Assembly (NCBI GenBank): GCA_004431415.1
Contig: QPMI01000213.1
Location: 1-59,223 of the forward strand
DNA: 59,223 nucleotides
Reading direction: 5' to 3'
Origin: Cyanophora paradoxa CCMP329
Lineage: Eukaryota > Plantae > Glaucophyta
Of the stretch, positions 23,409-31,428 are shown piece by piece (positions within the stretch are counted from its first letter, which is position 1; each line of letters begins with the position of its first letter). A program made the position numbers and the translations under genes. The notes under the pieces are model-generated. The model was not told the origin of the DNA, ran no database searches, and worked only from the letters and a program-made list of their open reading frames with translations.

Positions 23409-23658
23409 ACCGATCCTGATAGAAGAACTCCCCATCTGTCTCGAAAATATTAAGAAGGGGACTCTTAGCATCCTCTGTATACCATCTGCGAATTGTCTTA
23501 TCCCATTTAGCACCATTCTTTTTCAAGAATCTACAAAGGGTTGTTCTCCTTGTAATTCGCAATCCCATCTCTTGAAAGATCTCATAATGATCTTGCATTC
23601 TATTCACAATCAAGATGTAAGTTCCATGGAAATTGTGATATTGCTGGTTAATCGGCAT
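23392..23658 (-). CDS. Small viral protein (88 aa) with a DUF5710-like motif
   Basis: FLKKNGAKWDKTIRRWY matches the K..GA(R/K)WD....WY pattern; overlaps penton 2 tail-to-tail by 17 bp. Confidence 0.55.
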   Translation of the reverse strand: MPINQQYHNFHGTYILIVNRMQDHYEIFQEMGLRITRRTTLCRFLKKNGAKWDKTIRRWYTEDAKSPLLNIFETDGEFFYQDRFNHYQ

Positions 23659-23864
23659 GTTTCCTTTACAGCATGATGGGAAATCGTTTGTCAATTTTTG
23701 GCGAAACGAGAGTATCTCATGAGATAGATGCTCGAATAACAGGTGTGTTTTCAGGGTTGGAGAAATCGGAGAAACATAGAGTATTGCGATTTCCGAGTTA
23801 GTTGACACTGAGAAATTCAGAATTTCAGATGGTCTTACTGAAAATGGTCAGATAATCGGGTGTG

Positions 23865-24300
23865 ATACCTATTTAATTGACTGTGACGCCTCTTTAATTG
23901 ACTGTGACGCCTGTGACGCCTGTGACGCCTACTTTCAAACTTTTTAAAATTTTCAAAAATGACAGACTTCTGAAAACAGCCGTCACAGCCGTCACAGGCG
24001 TCACACCCAATTAAAAATGGAATCTCTTTCTCTTACTGAGATTTTCGAAAATATATTCTTGTCTTACTGAAATCCGTCTTGTGACACCTCTGACACCTAC
24101 AAAACACTATCCATTAATCAACCTTTTTGAAAATGCGAAGTTGTCTTACTGGAAATGGTCTGCAATTTCGCTGTGACACCTAATTTAATTGAGTGTGACG
24201 CCTGTGACGCCTGTGACACCTACTTTCAAACTTTTTAAAATTTTCAAAAATGACAGACTTCTGAAAACAGGCGTCACAGCCGTCACAGGCGTCACAGACA
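23865..24300. repeat. Two cassettes of 3x TGTGACRCC + ~50 bp AT-rich spacer + 3x inverted copy
   Basis: Cassette A: 23903-23929 and 23979-24005. Cassette B: 24194-24220 and 24270-24296. Period 291 bp; the spacers are identical. Confidence 0.92.
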
Positions 24301-24417
24301 TTCCACCCCTCTTACTGACTTTCTCAAAAACAAAACTATCTCTTACTGAATATCATTTGAATACTACCTGTCACACTTGATCTCAATTATTCTGTTTTAT
24401 AGAACATATGCAATCTA

Positions 24418-24665
24418 ATCGATTGTTCAATTGGAGACCATGCAACTCTGTGACAAGTTTTAGGTGCAAAAATGTAAATCCGCAATCCATCGATTGTTTA
24501 ATTGGACGTGATGCAGTTCCGATATATTCCAATAGAAAATCCCGCAATATAATCGATTGTTTAATTGGAGATAATGCAACTCTGTGACAGTTTTTGGGTG
24601 CAAAAATGCAAATCAGCAATCTCATCGATTGTTCAATTGGACACAATGCAACTCTGTGACACTTT
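24418..24665. repeat. Four-copy tandem repeat (63-72 bp units) starting ATCGATTGTTYAATTGGA
   Basis: Copies start at 24418, 24489, 24552 and 24624; three contain ATGCAACTCTGTGACA. Confidence 0.9.
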
Positions 24666-24978
24666 TTGCGTTTTTCGATACAGAATGGGCGGTGGTCTAC
24701 TTCAATACAAGAGAGATATATCGAGTTTTTGCGAATTTATGCAATTTAATCGCGATTATATCGATCTTTAAGTAGTTTAATGCAAATTAATCGCAGATTT
24801 GTATGTAATCGACAAAGAACATAATCAATCGATATAAGATCAATTGATTCAATCGTAAATATGCATAAAGTTAAACGCGTTTTTCATTTTTAATACAAAG
24901 TTTGCATTAATTTATACAAAGTTTGCATAAAAAGTTAAAGAAATTAATCGATAAATACGTATTTTAGTATTAATTTTG

Positions 24979-25073
24979 ACACATATGTATAAACTTATTT
25001 AAATCCTGAGTGAATCGAGATCGCGAAGCGATCGAGATGAACGAGGGATTTAAATAAGTTTATACATATGTGT
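24979..25073 (+). repeat. 95-nt hairpin: 28-bp perfect stem, tandem G.A zone, GCGAAGC loop
   Basis: 24979-25006 is the exact reverse complement of 25046-25073; inner GATCGC-GAA-GCGATC at 25019-25033. Confidence 0.95.
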
Positions 25074-25239
25074 GGGCGCCCGTAGTAGCCCCGTACGCGT
25101 GTGACTGTGGCTGCAGACTGCAGTGACTCTCAGAGTCTGCACTGACTCTGCAGCTGATCATGACCAATAGAGTACCGTGGCCCATGGGGCCGAGAGGCCC
25201 TCACCCGGGGAGTACCCCTCCCCCCAAAAAGGCAATCAA

Positions 25240-25915
25240 AAATCAAAGATCTAGAAGTCGCAGGTAATCGCCGCGGGCCCGCGGCGCAAGATATCTTTGA
25301 TTTGTGATTACTTCGTTATCTTCTAATATTTTTTGTGTATGATTCCGTTCCTCGTGTATATCCTACCCTTGCTTCTCAGTCCACTTCTCTTTCTTTGCCG
25401 CCCCCTCCTGGTTCAGCCCCGTCATGATCATCTCTAGATCTGTTAACGTTCCCTGTCAGTTGCAATACTGGCCTGCGTTTCGCCCCTCCTCTTTTCCTAC
25501 CGCTTACGAATCCGACTAGTACTTTGAATCCCTCAGGGCCTCTCCTCTGCTTTTATAATTAGCATCGATATCTGCGGTACCGCGACTTAGTCTTCATCCG
25601 TCGTTTGTTTTGCCTCTTCCACATGTACAGCCGGCGCCTCGATCTAGTTCACGTGCACAGCCATCCGCTTCCTCTCCTCCGCCCGTTACTGTTGCTACTT
25701 CGTCTCTTGTCTCTGGCTCTGCTGTTGCTAGTTGTAGTGCACCTGCTGTGTCCTTTAGTTCTACTGCTACTTATTCTCGAGCTCGTGCTCGTTCTCCTTA
25801 TCTCTTGCGTTCTCGTGATCGTGTCCCTTGTCGCCGAGTCGTGCCACGGTGATCCCTAGGCCCCTATGCATATGTCTTGCGATATCGATTGCCTGCGACT
25901 TCTTTGATTTGTGAT
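25240..25915. repeat. Imperfect inverted repeat pair bounding ~580 bp, each arm with a central palindrome
   Basis: 25253-25270 vs reverse complement of 25886-25903 (17/18); 25285-25291 vs 25875-25881; perfect palindrome 25269-25286. Confidence 0.7.
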
Positions 25916-26239
25916 GCTTTGTTGATTTTTAATATGACTAGTACTAGTACTACCTACGGGGGGTTCGCCCTTCCGTAGTCTCTCGAAAAATTATGATTAC
26001 TAGCTAGGCATGGATGGCATGGGGAGCTCGAGGGGGCTGGCATGGAGGGAGGCCTGCCGCGGCCGGGGGCCCGGGTACGGGCCGGGGGGAAGGAACCCGA
26101 AGCGGCGGCGGAGAAGAGGGGAAGGGGAGGGGAGGGGAGGGGGGGCAGACGACGCGGATGAGCGGCAGGGGGAGGAGGAGAGGGCCGGGGGAGGAGGAAC
26201 TCCGGAGGAGATCTCGAGAGGAGGGGAACCGAATTTGAC

Positions 26240-28365
26240 TCACTGGAGCAGTGGGTGAGCCGCCGGAAAGGAAAGGGGTCCACGGCGCGAGGTGAGTCGG
26301 GGCGCGGCTTGATGCGCTGATTCTCCGAGCCGGCTATATACAGCTACGCGTGGGGCCCGAGGAAAGCTATTGATAGCTACGCGTGGAGCCCGAGGAAAAC
26401 CACAATGCCGACCGCCGCGCTGCCCAACGACACCACCGCGGCCTGGTCAGATCAGATCAGGTCAGGTCAGATCAGATCAGATCAGATCAGAGCCGGGCGG
26501 GGGCAAAGACGGCGCGCACGACTGCGATGACGAGGCACGTGCGCGTCACGCGGAAGCGGGGGCGCGGGGCGGGGGGTACGACGGCCCCAAAGACGAGTCC
26601 CAGTTCGGGGGGGGGATCGGGGGCGGGCGCCGGCGCGACGGCGACGGTGGGACGGACGGAGGAGCGGAGCGAGGGGCGGGGCGCCGCGGAGGAATAGGGG
26701 GAGGAGAAGGAGGAGGAGGGGGGGGCGGCGGCGGAGGCGGCCGGGGGTGGAGAGCGGGCGGCAAAGGGAGAGACTGCGTTCAGAGGATCCGAACCGGCGC
26801 CCGAGTGCTCTGAAGGGCGAGTGAGGGCCGGAAGGGGAGGCCGGGGAGGGGGAAGGGGGGGGGGGAGGTTTATTTTGTTTGCGGGGGGAGGAGGTGGGGC
26901 GGGGGAGCGAGGAGGCGCGAGGGCTCACGGGAATCCTCGTGCGTGCTGTTCCTACGGGAGCGGTCGTGCCTTTCGTGGTACCCCGACACCTGCGGGCCGC
27001 GTTCGCCGGGGTACAGCGAATCGGAACTGAATCGGGGATCCGAGGAGGTACCAATCGTTGGAGGGTCTGAGCGCTCTCGACGCTCTTGATGGGGCACCGA
27101 CACTTGGGGCAGCTGCGGGGTACAGAAATTAAGCGACAGCGTCGGCCTCGCTGGCGAAGGGGGTACCGCTCACCGCTTCGATGTCATCATCCATCGCTCG
27201 ATGCACCTGCACGCGCGTACCTCCGCGACTGAGCGCGCCGGTTGGGCTACGGGGGGGTACGCGAGCGCACTCCTGGTCGAAGGTGTGGAGGCAGGGTACG
27301 ACGTGGACGCAGGTCGATATGACCTCCAGGCAGATCTCCTGCGGGGGGTACAGCCGTTCTCGGCGGGGGACGAGGGGGATGCGGGGTACTGCCCCGGGCC
27401 GGCCGCGCACGCAGATCAGGCTCTCAGAGATGAACGGGTCGAGCTGCCGGGGGGTACTGGAATCGGAAAAGGTCCGAGGCGGGGGTACGGCGGCCTCACC
27501 TCCGCCTGCTGGACCTCCTCCAGTCCCCTCGGGGGCCGGTTCACCTGATCAAAGACGGAAAGCCGTATCCCCTCCAGATCCGCGTCCTTCACCTGCGGGG
27601 CACGGCGTCGGATCGGATCGGATCGCGGCCGGGGTACGAGGGCGCGGCGGGGTGCGGCCGGGTACGCGTGCGGACCTTCTTTACGTAGAAGATTTTGCGC
27701 CGCTTGCGGCCGGCGCGGGGGATCACCATTACGCGCCTGGCGGGAAGACGCGTGAGGTTCGCGGGGGGCGGCCGCCGGGCCCCTGAGGCTCACCGTATGT
27801 GCAGCCCGATAGCCTTGATCGCCCGCGCGGCTAAGATGAAGAGGCCCGGCCGCTGTGTGTGCGCGCGCGCAAGCGCGGGCGTCGGCAACTGCAGGCGGGA
27901 GGCCGAGGGCCGGAGCGGCGGGCGGGCGGGCGGGCGACCGGCCCAAAGAGAGAGGAATGTAAGGCGCACATCGAATGCGGTGATGTCGATCCGCGTCGTG
28001 TCGGGCGGCGCGCTGGGGTCGTCCTCGTACACTCGCGCGTTCTCGACCACGATCTGGCGGCCCCGTCAGCGCCGGGAGGGTTCTTCTTAGCTGCAGCAAC
28101 ATCTGCAGCGACAGCGCTAGCTGCGGGCGCCCGAGATTCGCCGGCGCACCTCGGGCGCGCGGGGTCTGCAAGAAGCTGTCAAACGGGGGCGCACGCGCAG
28201 GCGGATTGAGGGCGGCGCGCACGCATCCTCGGGGTCCAGGAGGCGCGTGGTCTCGCTGATCGAGATCTCTGCCTCGGCTCGATCTTCCGGCACGTCTGGC
28301 GTCCCGGGCAGAGCGAGCTGGATCAGTCCAGCGCTTCGCGGCGGCGTCTCCGGCTGCGCATCCAT
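26240..28365 (-). CDS. Spliced host gene: RING-finger (CHFR-like RING) putative E3 ubiquitin ligase with a Pro-rich tail; ends approximate
   Basis: Four short exons between ~27058 and 27445 splice to LICEICLEVISTCVHVVPCLHTFDQECIERWMMTSKRCPKCRCPI. Confidence 0.72.
26446..26491. repeat. (TCAGR)n pentanucleotide microsatellite
   Basis: gtcagatcagatcaggtcaggtcagatcagatcagatcagatcaga. Confidence 0.85.
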
Positions 28366-28612
28366 GCAGCTGGGCCCTCAAAGAGACGGCGGGCCGCCGC
28401 GCCAAGGTCTGAAGGGGGTACAGTAACCTAGCCACGCAGAGCGAGAGCCGCCCGCGACTCGCAATCGTTCGGACGACGGCGAAGCCCGCCTCACGCATCC
28501 CTCCTTCTCTGCACACCGCCCAAAGCTGTCGCCTTCGCGGGGGCGCGCAGGCCGCCCCGGCGGCGGGCCGGGCGCTGCGGCGGCGTTCCAGCGGTTCCTG
28601 CAGCTGCTTGCG

Positions 28613-31034
28613 TTGCGTCTCCCGCGGTGGTGGCGCTCGGTGGCGGCGTCGACATTCATCGTCTCCGTCTGGCTCCTCTTCTTTGGCGATGGGCGGCCCA
28701 CGCTGCGGTCGCTGGCGGTCGGGCGCGCGGGAGACTGCGCCTCCGAGATCCTGGAATGGCTCGGCAACACAACGGAGCTCGGCGCGGGGCTCGAGCTGAG
28801 CGCCGGCTCGGGCCCCGCCCGCGGGGCGCTCCGCGCCGCCGGCTTCGCGAGCGTGGCGGCCGTCGCGGCCGACAGCTTCGAGCCCGCCGGAATCGGTTTC
28901 CTCCGCCGCCGCTTTGACGTGGTCGTCGTCGCGGAGCTCCCGCCCCACGCCCGCTCGAGCCCCGCCGCCGCCGCCCTCGGCGTTCCCCTCTCCCTCTTCG
29001 ATCGGGCACTCTTCGCCTGCCTCCCGGGCGACGCGCTCTCCTCTCCTGCCGAGATCGAATCCCTGCGCTCCCTCCGCGTCGGATTCTCCCCGCTCTCCCG
29101 CCCCGCCGCCTGCTGCCGCCGCGGCGAGTCCCTCTGGGCCTTCCGCGCGGCGGATCTAGGCAAGCGGACCCCTCCTCCCTCCCGCCCTCCCGCCCTCCTC
29201 CCGCGCCGCCGCTCACGTGCCGCGCCGCAGACCCCTGCGAGAACGACGGCTCTCGCCGGCTCGAGGTGCTCCGCGTCACGTACGGCGTACCCGGGACGCG
29301 CCAGGAGCGTGACGTCACGACGACGTTCCGGAACCTGCCGGAGAAGGCCAAGGGCTCGCTCCCCAAGGACACGTTCTGGCCGGACTACGTGTTCGGGGAC
29401 CCCGCGCCCGCCGAGAAGGCCGAGGACAAGGCACGCAGTACCCCCCGCCGACCCGACCCCCGCTCCCCTGACGCCGTACCCCCCGTAAGATCCTTGAGGT
29501 CCGGTACCGCGTGGACGGAGGGGAGGAGCTGCGCGCGCGGTACAGGGGTACCGTCCGCTACGTCGACGATGCATCCCTCCCCTATTGCTCCGTCCCCGTG
29601 CGTCCGTACCCCCTTCCACTCCCGCCTTGCGCCCTCTTACCCCTTACCCCGCCCCACCAGGGCCGCCCGCCGCACGCGGACGCCTACGAGCGGTACCCCG
29701 TCGCCCTCGCCGTCATGACCGTCGACCGGCCCGAGCAGGTACCCCTCTAGCGCTCGCACCCCCCCCCCCGTACCCTTCGATTCATTTTCGGCGCAGTACA
29801 TTCACTCGACGCTGGCATCGTTGTTCCTCTCGGGACCCGTCGCCGGCCGCGCCCCCGTACACCTCGTCGTTGGATCCCGGTACCCCCGCGCGCATCCGTA
29901 CCCTCGTACCCCCCCCCCGCCCGAGCCTTTCGCCGCAGCGATGCCGCCTACCTGGACGCTGGGTACGCGCACAACGCGCGCGTTTCCATTCGCGCTATGA
30001 CAGCGGCGGAGGAGGAGACCGCGGCGGGGTACGCGCGCCGCACCTCCGTCTCTCGAAATGAATGCCTCACCCCTGTCACAGGCTGGACCACATTCGCAAG
30101 CGGGCGACGTTCAACTACCACCGCTGCCTCGCCGTGCCGCGCCCGCCCGGGGCGGGGGTACTTGTCCTCGAGGACGACGTGCGCCCGGGATCGGCTCCCG
30201 GAGGGCCCGTTTATCGGATTTCAAATTTATATCTTTTTTTCCTCAGGTCGTGGTTCGCGAAGACTTCCTCCTCCACCTCTCAACCATCGCCCGCGAGGTA
30301 AAAAAAAGTCCGATTCAGTCTCGCTCCCCCCCGTCAGCCTGTGAAACCCGGTACCCCCGCCAGATTAAGGCCCTCCACGGCCCCCGCTTCGTTCTCTCCG
30401 TCTACTGCCCCTGGCACGCCCCCGGACCCTTCTTCCCCGTACCCCGCTCCGGCTCCTCCTCCCCGCCCTTTGCGTACCCCTCCGTGGACTTCGGGGACGG
30501 CTCTGCGTGGGTCGCCGCCTCGCGCTTCATGCCGTACCCCCGCGAGTTCTACGGGACGCAGGCCATCTTCTTCTCCGACGCGGTACCCCCTTCCGCCCTC
30601 CCCTTCTCGCGTCCCCCGTCAAACCGCGTACCCATTTCTCAGGTCGTGGACGGCATGGCCGCTTTTATGCTCCAGAAGGCCAAGGTTCGATTCCCGCCCG
30701 CGCACGATTCCCGGCGCGCGCCCGGCTGAGCCTGATACCCCAGGTTCCGTCCGCCTTCGACCGTACCCCCTATGACCACCTCATCCGGCACTACTGCAAC
30801 GCGAACGACATACCCCTCTTCGCGACGACGGTTCGGTCTTTTAGTTTCAGATCAGATCGGATCTGATCTGAGCCGCCGGCGCAGGAGTCTCTGGTGCAGC
30901 ACGTGGGGCGGCGGTCGACGGGCCTGGCGACGTTCGCGCACAGGAGCCCCAACTGGCAGAGCAGACGCATCCCCGACGACGGGGCGGGCGGGGTAGATCT
31001 AGAGGGCGGCGCCGATGGCGGAGGGGGCTCGTGA
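28613..31034 (+). CDS. Spliced host gene: type II membrane GT-A glycosyltransferase (GT54/MGAT4-like) with a DUF3395/SUEL-like module; start uncertain
   Basis: N-terminal hydrophobic anchor; VLRVTYG...DVT...FGDPAP..K.LEVRY module; catalytic-type motifs MTVDRPEQYIHSTLASL, VLVLEDD, FYGTQA, SLVQHVG..STGL. Confidence 0.68.
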
Positions 31035-31428
31035 CTTAGTGAGGGGCGCGGCCCTTCTTAAGGCCTCGCAGCTTAGATGCTTTTTGAATCGAATTCGATG
31101 CGGTGATCTAGTCCCGGTTCTGCACTGCTGTTGCACCGATTTTGCCTAGGCCTGTGCATGCCATGATGCAATAGCCTCGATGTGTTCGTTCGTGTTTGGG
31201 TTTGCGCATGCATGCAGAGCGACCTCGGCGTGCAACGGCGCAGTGCACGCATATATATACGTGCAGCGAGTATGAAGCTCTCTTGAGATCTGTACATACG
31301 TGCGCTTACAAGCTCAAGTCGTGACCCATTGATCCTTGTGCTTCATACCTACCGGCCTAAGGCGAGAGTCGCGAAACGGGAAACTTTAACATCGATCGCT
31401 CGAGCTCGAGTTAAGCTCAGGCTTATAA

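Larger units (their letters stand above)
18331..25980. mobile_element. Endogenous double-jelly-roll DNA virus (Polinton-like virus / virophage-like), right-hand part
   Basis: Abrupt switch to AT-rich, intronless, tightly packed genes encoding a packaging ATPase, an MCP and two pentons, followed by a repeat-rich arm. Right boundary uncertain (about 25075 or about 25950-25980). Confidence 0.88.

Noticed and set aside
24189-24380. ORF MSVTPVTPVTP...VTAVTGVT
   Set aside because: A translation by-product of the 9-bp repeats with a non-ATG start.
24418-24665. CRISPR-like array (18-bp conserved head with ~50-bp intervals)
   Set aside because: The intervals are homologous to one another, there are no cas genes and the context is eukaryotic-viral; it is a tandem repeat.
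25605-25859. Small ORFs in the terminal arm
   Set aside because: Non-ATG starts, low complexity and no recognisable motif; cannot be supported as genes.
18331-25980. Bacterial prophage, contaminant or chimeric join
   Set aside because: A32 ATPase, DJR capsid and penton types point to eukaryotic Polinton-like viruses, and the left junction is a precise LTR end (CA). Read-level confirmation is still advisable.
25954-26006. Helitron 3' end (hairpin followed by CTAG)
   Set aside because: Hairpin-to-CTAG spacing is longer than typical, CTAG is very common in this host, and no Rep/helicase is present.
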